Positions 10,447-20,421 of a stretch of 64,000 nucleotides of DNA are shown piece by piece. The notes below the pieces were generated by a model. That model worked only from the letters and a program-made list of their open reading frames with translations, did not search any database and was not told where the DNA came from. The position numbers were made by a program, and so were the translations under genes. Source of the DNA: Candidatus Poribacteria bacterium (GTDB lineage: Bacteria; Poribacteria; WGA-4E; PCPOR2b). Within the stretch, counting starts at the first letter, position 1; each line of letters opens with the position of its first letter. The stretch is from the NCBI GenBank assembly GCA_965215015.1, contig OZ244042.1, positions 4,000,001 through 4,064,000 on the forward strand. The letters run 5' to 3'.

Positions 10447-11352
10447 CTACAGCACCTTGCTTCCCTGCATAAATGTTGCACAAATCTTTGCGCCGGCGGT
10501 GTGTGCATAAAATGAGATGGGTCCAACCCACGCAATCTCACAACGCGGGTAGCCACGAACTTTCATATCTTGGAGACAGCGGAGAAAAAGGGCCTTCCCG
10601 ATTCCCAAGCCGCGCAACGATTCTTCCACGCCTGTGGGTCCGAACCCGCCGCGAAACATTGTTACATCGTAGGTGGCGAAACCACAGATATTGCCATTTA
10701 CATCAAGGGCAATAAATGTTGTCACCGGCGTATTTTCCAGCGAATTGCACGCTTCCGTTGTCCAGTTTTGGCTCCAAGTTCCTAACATCCACTCGTAAAA
10801 TGTCTGCTCCTCTTCGCTCTCCAGACGCCTTATTTTGAAGCCTTCTCTCGCTAGTTTTGACTCTACCTGTGTGGTGTCAAAATGATTTCTCGTCAGGTCT
10901 ACCTCCATGTTGTGGACATAGTGCTCAGCGATGTAGTCGTGCGATTGAAGGAAGCAGAGTGCTTCGGTATAACGTGGGTCTAAGCCCGGCATGAAATAGC
11001 ACGGTGAGCAATTCAGGATACGCACACGCTCTGCACCGTCCGATCGAAAAAGTGCCTCTATTTCCGCCAACATCATGCTTCCAAGCCCTGATCTGCGGTG
11101 TTCCTGATCCACAGCGAAGAGTTTCAAGCATCCCTCGTTTCCACGCAACACGCCAATCATAAAGCCGATTGTTTTCCTGTTGTCACGCAAGAGAAAGCCG
11201 TGATCAGGTAGATAATCGGGGTCGTCGAAAATCCGCCTTTGCAGAATTCCCTTCTCAAACTGACCCGAATGAAATTCAAAGTTTCTGTTGCAAAAGGCAG
11301 TCAATTCGTCAAGATGCTGCGGTTGGAGTTCAACAAAGTGTGGCATCGGCAT
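10447..11352 (-). CDS. Tandem GNAT N-acetyltransferase
   Basis: Two acetyl-CoA motifs, VDQEHRRSGLG and GVEESLRGLGIG. Confidence 0.88.
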   Translation of the reverse strand: MPMPHFVELQPQHLDELTAFCNRNFEFHSGQFEKGILQRRIFDDPDYLPDHGFLLRDNRKTIGFMIGVLRGNEGCLKLFAVDQEHRRSGLGSMMLAEIEALFRSDGAERVRILNCSPCYFMPGLDPRYTEALCFLQSHDYIAEHYVHNMEVDLTRNHFDTTQVESKLAREGFKIRRLESEEEQTFYEWMLGTWSQNWTTEACNSLENTPVTTFIALDVNGNICGFATYDVTMFRGGFGPTGVEESLRGLGIGKALFLRCLQDMKVRGYPRCEIAWVGPISFYAHTAGAKICATFMQGSKVL

Positions 11353-11412
11353 TCTCCTAGCGATTGATTCTTTAGTTTCGCCCCGGGTTGCAATCCTATA
11401 CAGATTTATCGG

Positions 11413-12867
11413 TTAAATCTCAGGAAAGACGTTACAGCCATCGGGAGCTGTCCAACGATCCGGCGCATCTTCTGTGAAAGTGAGAGTGTGAGTATTCTCA
11501 CCAAATTCTTCAAGGACTTGGTAGTCATTCTGAGTCGTTTGGAGCGTGTGAAGCACTGTTTTACCAGACCAACCCGCTCTGACTTCGGCCAGTCGTTCAT
11601 CTCGAATACTTGAATAAGTGGTATCATCCGCGAGGTCGTTCCACTCACCGGGGTCAGTTTCGAGATTGAACATTTGCGGCTGATCATACCCGTGATAGTA
11701 GTTCAGTTTCCACCGCCCGCGACGAATCATCCGAGCGGGGGAATCGTTCTGGAGACCACCCAACTCTGCAAACACTGTATTGTGCCAATTGGAAACCTCT
11801 CCATTGCTAACCAAAAATTCTTTGAGGCTGTGCCCCCGCACACCGAACATTGGTTTGCCTCCTGCGATATCAACGAGGGTCGGTCCAATATCAAGTAAGC
11901 TAGTTACATCAGAAATTGTTCGACCTTCGGCAAATTGTCCGGGCAACGAAAAGATGAGTGGTACACCAACCGAGCCTTGATAGAAACTTGACTTCCACCA
12001 CATCCGATGCTCACCTGCCATTTCGCCGTGATCGGAGGTATAGATGATTAGTGTGTTCTTGCCAAAACGGGTGTCCGCTAGCGTGGATAGAATCTTTCCA
12101 ATTTGTTCGTCCATGAATGTTACTAGACCGTAGTATGCCGCACGGGCGATTCGTACCTGCTCGTTTGTCAGCTCATCTACTCGGCGATGCTCCCGCCACG
12201 CTTTCATGAAGGGGTGGAGCGAATCATGATATCCATGAGGGAGCTGTGGCACATCAATCTTCTCAAAATATTCGTCGAAGAGCCGCTTCGGTGCAATGAA
12301 AGGACAGTGTGGTAGCACATATCCAACCGTCATAAAAAAGGGGCAATCTCTCGGGTTTTTGTCCAACGACTCAAGGAATTGGCAGCCGACCTGTGTGACA
12401 TCTTCATCATAGCGAGAATAGGCGGTACGTCCCGGTCCTGCAACCTTGACCCCGGCAGCGGTTTGACCCGCTGTGTAAGAGGGAATGTGCCCCAATTGTG
12501 GGCTGATATCCCCGATAATTCGTCGTTCAAAACCGTGTCGTTGATTGGGACCGTTAAAATGCATACGTCCACACAAAACCGTTTCGTAACCGGCATTGAC
12601 AAGGTGATGGACGAAGGTGGGTATGTCGGATTGGAGACGGCAACGATTGGTCCAGACGCGGATATCTGAGCTATGCCGGCTAGTCAAGAATGTCATCCGC
12701 GAAGGTACGCACAGGGGATTGGCACAGTGATTATTGGCAAAGCGAACACCATGCGCCGCCAATTGGTCGAGCGTTGGGGTCCGCACGACTTCATCTCCGG
12801 CACACCCGAGGAAATGAGGGTTATGCTGGTCTGACATAATCAGCAGAATGTTTGGAGAGTTTGTCAT
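11413..12867 (-). CDS. Sulfatase (choline-sulfatase-like)
   Basis: PNILLIMSDQH, formylglycine motif CVPSR, GRMH, TSDHGE. Confidence 0.93.
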   Translation of the reverse strand: MTNSPNILLIMSDQHNPHFLGCAGDEVVRTPTLDQLAAHGVRFANNHCANPLCVPSRMTFLTSRHSSDIRVWTNRCRLQSDIPTFVHHLVNAGYETVLCGRMHFNGPNQRHGFERRIIGDISPQLGHIPSYTAGQTAAGVKVAGPGRTAYSRYDEDVTQVGCQFLESLDKNPRDCPFFMTVGYVLPHCPFIAPKRLFDEYFEKIDVPQLPHGYHDSLHPFMKAWREHRRVDELTNEQVRIARAAYYGLVTFMDEQIGKILSTLADTRFGKNTLIIYTSDHGEMAGEHRMWWKSSFYQGSVGVPLIFSLPGQFAEGRTISDVTSLLDIGPTLVDIAGGKPMFGVRGHSLKEFLVSNGEVSNWHNTVFAELGGLQNDSPARMIRRGRWKLNYYHGYDQPQMFNLETDPGEWNDLADDTTYSSIRDERLAEVRAGWSGKTVLHTLQTTQNDYQVLEEFGENTHTLTFTEDAPDRWTAPDGCNVFPEI

Positions 12868-12917
12868 GTCAAAACCTCAATTTAAAGATGAACCTTCGGG
12901 TGGATGGGAGGTTTCCC

Positions 12918-13769
12918 TCAAACGCCATCTCCTGCCAACACGAATCGTTCCAAAGCCGTTGCAACGCCATCCGCATCGTTTGAGGCAGTCACGTGGAATC
13001 CCTGTTGTTTTAATGCTTTGTCTGCATTCTCCATGATCACGCCCGTTCCTGCGAATTTCAACATATCGAGATCGTTATAGTTGTCTCCTATTGCGAGGAT
13101 TTCCGATGGGTGTATCTCCATCTGTTCGACAAGGTAGCGTAGTGGCAGATCTTTGCCAACCGTTGCGTGGGAAAGACCGAGAAAGGCGTGTCGTCCGTTA
13201 TTGATGGTTACAAGGATTGGTTTGACCTTTCCGTTTAAGCGCCTCTGAAAAATTGCAGCGATCTCATTCGCTTTCTTTCCAGGGACGACAGAGATGACTT
13301 CAATCACGTCGCCCTGCAGATCTGCTGCAAGATTATCGACCCATTTCAGGTGGGCTTGATTATCCCGAAGATATTCACGTTCCCAGCCATCAAGTTGCTC
13401 GCCGTAGTCCTCAACAAAAATATTTGCTGAATCCTGCGTTCCTTCAAAAACAACTGGACGGAGCCCAAGTTCCTTTGCAATCTGGACTACCTTTTTCGCA
13501 ACGGTACAGGGCAGCAATTGGTGGTGAAGAAGCTCGCCGTTGAGACGCTTGAGGATTGCGCCGTTATGTGCCGCCAACAATATCTCTGGGAACTCAAGTT
13601 GTAAGACCCTCGGTTTTGCTGTGATGAAACGCCGTCCGGTTGCAACGACAATGGTTGCCCCTGTTTGGGCGACGCGATGTACAACTTCCTTTGTACGCGT
13701 TGTAATTTTTCCGCTGGAATCGGCGAGTGTACCGTCAATGTCCAAGGCAATCAGCTTATATTTTTTCAT
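12918..13769 (-). CDS. Cof-type HAD-IIB hydrolase
   Basis: DIDGTL, ATGR, NGA, GDNYNDLDM, NDADGVA. Confidence 0.93.
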   Translation of the reverse strand: MKKYKLIALDIDGTLADSSGKITTRTKEVVHRVAQTGATIVVATGRRFITAKPRVLQLEFPEILLAAHNGAILKRLNGELLHHQLLPCTVAKKVVQIAKELGLRPVVFEGTQDSANIFVEDYGEQLDGWEREYLRDNQAHLKWVDNLAADLQGDVIEVISVVPGKKANEIAAIFQRRLNGKVKPILVTINNGRHAFLGLSHATVGKDLPLRYLVEQMEIHPSEILAIGDNYNDLDMLKFAGTGVIMENADKALKQQGFHVTASNDADGVATALERFVLAGDGV

Positions 13770-13771
13770 GA

Positions 13772-14707
13772 TTAATTCGCCTTGTTAAGCAACTCCGCCT
13801 GCGCGGTCAATACCGTTTCGATCGGCAACTGTTCGTCCCCCTTGGCGGTACTACATTTCGTGCCAAGAAATATCGGTTGAGAACTTGAGGCTAGCACAGA
13901 AGCGCAGTCCATGGCATCTTCTTCAGTGAAGCCACTCTGGGGATCGAGGTGCGAATTGTGAGAGTCCATGAATCCATCCGCCGAATGACCGGCTCCGGAC
14001 AATATCACACCTGACAGTGGTACTTCCGATTCCAGAATCTGGTGTATACCCGATAGTGGTCCATCGCCGTTGACTAGCAGGCGTCCCCAATTCACCATAA
14101 GCGCGACAGGATGCCCTGATACGTTCTTCCGGTTTACGGAGGATAGAATTTGGATAAGATCTGGTAAGGCCAGTGAAGCCTTCTTGGCTGCGGGGAACGG
14201 TATCGGATGGTCCAACGGGAGACTGTCCGTCACTTCCACTGCCAAGGTGGTGTCCGGCAGAATAGCAGCGGCTAATTGGTGTAAGTCAGTCAAACTCTTA
14301 TGGAAGGCGATAGCGTGTGGTATGGTTTCCCCGGAACGTCCCCCGGTGTGGACGAAGACATTACGGATACAGATACCCCCCTCGGATAACGCCATACATT
14401 GCTGCAAAGATGAGCAGGCATCTACCATCGCAGCTTGACGAGACGATTCCTCCAGCGCGGACAGACCGTATGCTGGGTTTTTCTGCCCAACTGTTGCCCA
14501 TTGCGCCACAAGGGTGACCACAAGCGAAGCGGACAGATTGGTGAATGCCTCAATTAACTCCGGTGCTAACGGTACGCCAGCCAAAATTGGAACTTCAAAG
14601 GTGTTGATATTCCATTCTTCCACTGCTTTGCGATACCAATCCGCCTGTTCGGTTGGAGAAAGCGTTCCAACGATGGTATATGCTCCTAGAACTTTTTGGG
14701 TAATCAT
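13772..14707 (-). CDS. DUF4862-like TIM-barrel protein
   Basis: Starts LGAY; contains YGLSA and a VNWGR motif resembling DUF4862 proteins; 2 bp from the HAD gene. Confidence 0.6.
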   Translation of the reverse strand: MITQKVLGAYTIVGTLSPTEQADWYRKAVEEWNINTFEVPILAGVPLAPELIEAFTNLSASLVVTLVAQWATVGQKNPAYGLSALEESSRQAAMVDACSSLQQCMALSEGGICIRNVFVHTGGRSGETIPHAIAFHKSLTDLHQLAAAILPDTTLAVEVTDSLPLDHPIPFPAAKKASLALPDLIQILSSVNRKNVSGHPVALMVNWGRLLVNGDGPLSGIHQILESEVPLSGVILSGAGHSADGFMDSHNSHLDPQSGFTEEDAMDCASVLASSSQPIFLGTKCSTAKGDEQLPIETVLTAQAELLNKAN

Positions 14708-14959
14708 TCTGTTGTCCTTTCATAATAGAGATGGACCATGTTAGGAAGGAAAAAATCGTAACAGACTCCCGCTTTTTTGTCAAGTGTTTTCCCCCAAATC
14801 TCTTGTTTGCCCTAATTTTTCAAGAGTAGGACTTAGGCAGTTGAGCCCTCGAATCCAACACCAGAAAATGTCGCGCAATGTTCATGATCGGTTGAGCCCT
14901 GACTATTGCGCTAGGCCGATAGATTTATCTTTGGGATATACTTTGCTTTCGCATTTTTT

Positions 14960-15233
14960 TTGAAATCGTAGACAAAATGGGGTATACTTATCTTGTCTTT
15001 CGTGGGAGATTTTCACCCCTATCGCACGATGGGGGTTCCCACACCCTCGTGAAATAGGTACGAAAGATAGAAAGCCCCTCTGATGAAAACCTACAATTTC
15101 AAGATGTATAGCCCTCACGGCAACCGTAAATTGCAAAAAACGATTGATGCCCACGCTGAAGTCTGGATAGAGCAATTCTAAGTCTAAAGGAATAAGTAAG
15201 AATCCCAACCCTTTTGGCTTGGGAATATGTTAA
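14960..15233 (+). mobile_element. Internally deleted IS200/IS605 (tnpB) element
   Basis: TTGAAA-17-TATACT promoter; structured leader; mini-ORF 15083-15181 MKTYNFKMYSPHGNRKLQKTIDAHAEVW (TnpB N-terminus-like); right-end hairpin GAATCCCAACCCTTTTGGCTTGGGAATATGTTAA. Confidence 0.75.
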
Positions 15234-15355
15234 ATAATAAGAGATATATTGGTGCACACCCCTTACTTTAATTGGAAAGAGGCTGCCGACACCAGCTGAC
15301 CTCTATTAACCCCAAAGGGTAATAAATCGATTTGAGGACAGAAGAGGAATAATAG

Positions 15356-15777
15356 ATGCACCGCAGATACAATCTCGCACATTTGATTTTAGCTGGCGTT
15401 GTAGTGTTAGGTCTAATACTGCTGATGGTATGCGTTGAGGCACAGGCACGGCTTGCCTTCGTGTCTAATGGGGAGGGCACGTTATAACTAATGACCTCTA
15501 CGTGATGGGTGCCGATGGGCAGAACCCCTCGTTGGGGTTGCGCTGCTCCGGTCCAAAGCAGATCGGGAACTCTCGGAGTGGAGTACGGAAAAGGCGGGGA
15601 ATCGGTAAGGCACTTGTCGCGACAGCTATCAGGCATTATCAAGGAAAGACCTCAGAGATCCAAGTCGGCACCCAAGCGAAGAACCTTGGGGGGATTCAGC
15701 TCTATACCCGTATGGGATTTTCGGTTGTCCGTTCTGAGCTCTCGTTTCATCAACACTCCGAGACGATTGAAAATTGA
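15356..15777 (+). pseudogene. Chimeric remnant: TolB/PD40-type secreted protein N-terminus joined to a GNAT C-terminus
   Basis: MHRRYNLAHLILAGVVVLG...AQARLAFVSNGEG* (15356-15487), frameshift to DLYVMGADGQNP, then RRGIGKALV...VGTQAKN...LYTRMGF (WecD-like). Confidence 0.7.
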
Positions 15778-15960
15778 AGATAAATTCAACGCTAAGACAC
15801 TATAAAAAAGAACACCTGCGTTAAGAAATCGTGCAACCCCTGGGGTTGCCCTGTTTAACCGTCCATGTTTTGGGGTGGTTTATTTTATGTATCACGTTTC
15901 AACCTATCTTTACGGTTTTCTTTGTGTCCTTGCGTTAAATTCGTGTTAGGGAGGGGCGAT

Positions 15961-16905
15961 ATGAAAATTTTAGTGACCGGGGGTGCCGGGTTCATCGGTT
16001 CGCATCTGGTTGATAGGTTGCTCCAACTCGGACACGAAGTGGTTGTCGTTGACAATTTGGCGACCGGATACCGACACAACCTCAACCCGCGTGCGAGATT
16101 TTACGAAGTGTCCCTCTTGGATTCGGAGCTCGATAAAATCTTTCAGCGAGAGCAACCGGATATTGTCAACCACCATGCGGCACAAAACGGTGTCAGCCGA
16201 TCCAATGCCGATCCGGCTCTTGATGCCCAACACAACATTATTGGCTCGATTCGCCTTATCCAGTGTTGCATCGAGCATAGCGTGAAAAAGGTGATTTACG
16301 CCTCTAGTGGTGGCACCGTCTATGGGGAACCCATCTATCTCCCCGTTGATGAAGCGCACCCCATCGCCCCGATTTCTCCCTACGGGATTAGTAAACACAC
16401 CGTTGAGCATTACCTGTTTCTCGCGTCAGTCAACGCAGGACTCAACTACACCGTTTTGCGTTACGCCAACATCTACGGACCTCGGCAAAATCTACACAGT
16501 GACGCGGGGGTGATTGCCATCTTTGCTCAGTCAATACTGAAAGGAATCCCTCCAACCATCTATGGGGATGGCAGCTCCACGCGGGACTATCTCTTTATTT
16601 CGGATGCGATTACGGCAAATCTGCTGGCTCTTGAGAGGGGCGACCAAGAGATCTATCATGTCAGCACCGGTCGGCAAACCCGTCTCAATGAGCTCTTTTG
16701 TCGATTGAAACAGATTCTCGGTTCTATCATGGGGTGTAAGGACATCGTTGAAATGTCTCCTGTGTATGCGGAGCCAAGGCTTGGCGAAATTCATCGCATC
16801 GCCCTCAGCCCTGCAAAAATTCAGAGGGATTTGGAGTGGAGGTCTCAGACATCTTTCCAAGACGGTTTGGAACAGACTGTTCTGTACTGCCATGAATCCG
16901 ATTAA
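15961..16905 (+). CDS. NAD-dependent epimerase/dehydratase (UDP-glucose 4-epimerase-like)
   Basis: MKILVTGGAGFIGSH, YGISK, LRYANIYGPRQ; ATG at 15961 after a GGAGG SD. Confidence 0.93.
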   Translation: MKILVTGGAGFIGSHLVDRLLQLGHEVVVVDNLATGYRHNLNPRARFYEVSLLDSELDKIFQREQPDIVNHHAAQNGVSRSNADPALDAQHNIIGSIRLIQCCIEHSVKKVIYASSGGTVYGEPIYLPVDEAHPIAPISPYGISKHTVEHYLFLASVNAGLNYTVLRYANIYGPRQNLHSDAGVIAIFAQSILKGIPPTIYGDGSSTRDYLFISDAITANLLALERGDQEIYHVSTGRQTRLNELFCRLKQILGSIMGCKDIVEMSPVYAEPRLGEIHRIALSPAKIQRDLEWRSQTSFQDGLEQTVLYCHESD

Positions 16906-16949
16906 ATTTTCAGGTGTATGTTAAGAAATCGTGAGCCGGCGTCGGACTT

Positions 16950-17761
16950 TCATACAACCTCTTTCTCGGGGCGTTGGAGGTCCACCCAATTTTTGCCGGC
17001 ATCTACGCCACAACAGAGGATGCTGTTCTGATTCCACCCTTCGTGAGCAATCACATCTGTCGAAGCGTAGCGCATTGTCAGTCCGCAACGGCGACGATTG
17101 GAGTTGTTGCGCGGAGAACCGTGCAGCAATAGGTCGGAATGCAGGGAAATTTCACCTGCTTTTAACTCGGTAGGAACGGACTCAGCGCGAATCTCTGTGG
17201 CTTCGGCTGTTCGGTATAGCACATTGTCCTCAGCGGGATCGCTGGCGTGATGTTTTAGCTCTCCGCGGCGATGGGATCCAGGGATAAATTGCATACAGGC
17301 GTTTTCGGTATCCGCATCATCAATGGCAAGCCAAACGGTAACGGTCTTTGAAGGGGTAAGGGGCCAGTAATGTGCATCTTGATGCCATGAGACCGTTTTT
17401 CCATCGCCGGGCATCTTGCAGAAATAATGCGTTCCCCAGCAGACAAAGTTCGGTCCGAGTAAATCTTGAACATATTCCAAGATGATTGGATTCACGACAA
17501 GGTCGTAGATACCCTGGCAGTGTTTATGATAGCCGTTGATTGAGTAGCTACTTTTGTCGGTTCGAGATTCGCGAGTAACTTATCGAGATATTGTCGGTTC
17601 GCAGTTATTTCTTCGTTATTGAAAATGCGAAATCCTTTTAGATAGCCATTCTGATTGTAAAATTCGATCTGTTCTTGGGAAAGCCGCCGCGGATGCTGAC
17701 ATTTAGATGGATAGAATCTCAAATCTCTTTTGAGATTGGGCCATGTGTTGTCATTTGCCAT
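16950..17761 (-). pseudogene. Phytanoyl-CoA dioxygenase (PhyH) family gene split by a 1-nt frameshift
   Basis: ORFs 17492-17761 and 16950-17495 join into one protein (..LSQEQIEFYNQNGYL..SYSINGYHKHC..WHQDAHYW..HGS) if one A is added to the A4 run at 17552-17555. Confidence 0.8.
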
Positions 17762-17866
17762 AATTCCTATTACCTCTTTTTTTCGATAGAGATTTTCTAT
17801 TTTCGCTACGCGCCAAAGTATACACGATGTAGAACTAAATCAGAAGTGTATTTTTGAAAATCCACA

Positions 17867-18151
17867 ATGACTATCCAAGAATTTCAAAGTCTTATTGAGC
17901 AAATCTACTATGATCGAGATGCTGACCGTGGTGTAGAAGGCACATTTGTTTGGTTCGTTGAGGAGGTTGGAGAACTCGCCAAAGAGATTCGACGCGAGCA
18001 ACGGGATATGGAACGGCTCCGTGCTGAGTTTGCCGATGTATTTGCGTGGCTATCAACACTCGCTAGCTTGCTCGGTGTCAATCTGACCGAAGCTGCAAAA
18101 ATTTACGCCGATGGCTGTCCCAAGTGCCAATCGACGCCCTGCGCCTGTTAA
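17867..18151 (+). CDS. MazG-like nucleotide pyrophosphohydrolase
   Basis: EEVGELA...EFADV motif; C-terminal CPKC..PC.C. Confidence 0.9.
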   Translation: MTIQEFQSLIEQIYYDRDADRGVEGTFVWFVEEVGELAKEIRREQRDMERLRAEFADVFAWLSTLASLLGVNLTEAAKIYADGCPKCQSTPCAC

Positions 18152-18228
18152 ATGAATTAGCAGCGTTGCACCATTTCTCTGAATGTCTGAGTCAACATAT
18201 ATTTTGAGGGATTTTCAAGGAGGTCACC

Positions 18229-19056
18229 ATGGACACGGCTCTATTAATTGAAGGCCAGGAAAGTATCTTAACCGATAAACAGAAGCAGCGGTGGAAGGAA
18301 GATGGCTATCTAGTTCTGAAAGGCGTGCTTTCTTCAGAGGAGATTGAGAACCTGACAGCTGTTGTTGATCGGATGTACGAGGAACATCTTCAACAACCCG
18401 ATGTGAAGCCGGACGCAGGACTAGATAGGCGAAACGTTATGGAGGAGCACGACATCTTTGTCGATTTGATGGATCACCCCGTGACGTTTCCAATTGTGCT
18501 TGAGTTGATGAGTCCTTACATACACCTGAGTATGTCTGAGGTAATTGTCCGACCGACAGACCCTGAAGGGAAGGGACTGCTGCACACAGATGGCGGTCAG
18601 GCGATGCGACAGATACGAGTGAGTGAGAGCAGTCTGCCGTTCCAGATCAAACTCCAATACTTCCTGACGGATTTGCCTGAACCGGATATGGGTAACTTTA
18701 CGGTCGTCCCCGGCAGCCACAACCGTCTCTTTCCAGACAGCGGATTTGAGGAGGGACCGTATATCCCGGAAGCGTTGCCGCTATGCGTGGAAGCAGGTGA
18801 CGTGGCTATCTTTCCCCATGCGATGTGGCACGGTTTCGTTGCAAACAGATCGGATAAGCCTCGTAAAACGCTGATTTATTGCTACGTCCACCAATGCCTG
18901 CGGGCATTCGATTTTGAAAAGGCGTCCCCCGAACTGTTGGAGCGGTGTACGCCCCGGCAGCGACGGTTGATTGGGGATATTGGCGAGTGGAAGGCTGGTT
19001 CTTACTTCTATTCCCCGCCGGATCAGGTGGAGTTGATGCTGGGCAATGAATCGTGA
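18229..19056 (+). CDS. Phytanoyl-CoA dioxygenase (PhyH) family protein
   Basis: W.EDGYLVL, LHTDG (HxD), VVPGSH, WHG. Confidence 0.9.
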   Translation: MDTALLIEGQESILTDKQKQRWKEDGYLVLKGVLSSEEIENLTAVVDRMYEEHLQQPDVKPDAGLDRRNVMEEHDIFVDLMDHPVTFPIVLELMSPYIHLSMSEVIVRPTDPEGKGLLHTDGGQAMRQIRVSESSLPFQIKLQYFLTDLPEPDMGNFTVVPGSHNRLFPDSGFEEGPYIPEALPLCVEAGDVAIFPHAMWHGFVANRSDKPRKTLIYCYVHQCLRAFDFEKASPELLERCTPRQRRLIGDIGEWKAGSYFYSPPDQVELMLGNES

Positions 19057-19172
19057 GATGAATATATCCTGAGGTTCATATCAAAAGAGAGTGCAAAATA
19101 TTGAGAGCGTGAAACATGAAAACCATTTGTTCATGGGTTCATTAATGAACGAGTGAACTAAATTGATTTCTG

Positions 19173-19191
19173 TTGCACGATTTCTTAACAT
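19173..19191. repeat. Dispersed TTGCACGATTTCTTAACAT repeat (MITE end)
   Basis: Similar copies at ~15819-15836 (rc), ~16918-16933 (rc), ~35253-35271 and ~62160-62178. Confidence 0.6.
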
Positions 19192-19213
19192 AAGGCTATC
19201 CCGATTTGGAAAA

Positions 19214-20374
19214 TCAGTTGATAGTTGCATTTGGCAGGATGGTGGCTTTGACGCAACGCATCGTCATAGCACACTGTACAGCCTCCGCTACTCCTGCTTC
19301 GGTAAAGGAAAACTCCGTTTGCATCCGACGCCAAGGATAGCGATCCCGGGCTCGATCGAGCATGTCAATTCCTGCGGGGAGGTCGTTGGCGGTAATCCCC
19401 CAGCTTCCCACCAGCTTTATATCTTTAATGCAGATGCGGTGCCAATTGGTTTCGATAGAGCCTGCGTCGGTGAATTGCCCCATCTCCACATAAGTACCCC
19501 CAGCCCTAAGCATCTCAATTCCCTCCGGCCCTGCTGAGGGGTGACCGCTGCAATCGATTACAAGGTCTGCACCAAAGCCTCCGACAATCTGGTTGACAGC
19601 GTCAATCCGGGCTTGCGCTGTCCCATGTTCCTCAATCGACACGGTAGCCTCTACGCCAAACTCGCGGCACAAGGCGAGTCGCGGATTCTCAGGTGCGCCT
19701 ACCATAATAACACGACCCGCCCCCATCTCCTTTGCGGCGGTAATCATTAGCACCCCAATCGGGCCAGAGCCTTGGATGACTACGGTATCACCGAACCGGA
19801 AACCGTTGATTGATGCGGCGCGGTTGAGTGCCCGGATACAGCAGGCTAAAGGTTCAGTCAACGCACCCAACATCAACGACATGTTGTCCGGTAAACGGTA
19901 AATCTTTGTCGCTGGCAACATCTCCAAATCGACATAGACCATCTCTGCCCATCCACCCCATAGATGTGGTGGTTTGTCAAAGGGCAAGTAGCGGCCATAG
20001 TAGGTCGGGTTGAGACAGCAATTGGCGTGTTCCGGGTAGTGGGCGCAGTAGTAACATTCCCCGCAAGGCATCAACGGTGGCAGCATGACTTTGCTCCCAA
20101 CAGCCAATGGGTTGCCCATAAAGTCCACTTCTAGGGCAGGTCCCTTTTCAACAATAACGCCAGCCAATTCATGCCCCAGCGTAAAGGGCCAGGGGAGCGG
20201 CTTGGGCCAATGTCCTTTGAGGATATGTAGGTCAGTGCCGCACACCCCACAGGCACCTACTTGGATTAGTGCCGCTTTGTCGGGAACATTTGGTCGAGGC
20301 ACAGTTTGAATTTGGGGTGCTGCTCCGGGACCATCAAAGGTTGCCACACGTACTGTTTGCATACGAGACTCCAA
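19214..20374 (-). CDS. Zinc-dependent alcohol dehydrogenase (MDR family)
   Basis: CGVCGTDLH, GHE, CGECYYC..C, GSGPIG. Confidence 0.93.
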   Translation of the reverse strand: MESRMQTVRVATFDGPGAAPQIQTVPRPNVPDKAALIQVGACGVCGTDLHILKGHWPKPLPWPFTLGHELAGVIVEKGPALEVDFMGNPLAVGSKVMLPPLMPCGECYYCAHYPEHANCCLNPTYYGRYLPFDKPPHLWGGWAEMVYVDLEMLPATKIYRLPDNMSLMLGALTEPLACCIRALNRAASINGFRFGDTVVIQGSGPIGVLMITAAKEMGAGRVIMVGAPENPRLALCREFGVEATVSIEEHGTAQARIDAVNQIVGGFGADLVIDCSGHPSAGPEGIEMLRAGGTYVEMGQFTDAGSIETNWHRICIKDIKLVGSWGITANDLPAGIDMLDRARDRYPWRRMQTEFSFTEAGVAEAVQCAMTMRCVKATILPNATIN

Positions 20375-20421
20375 TTTTATGAGATGTTAATACTATCAGT
20401 CTTTCACAGTTCCAACACCAC

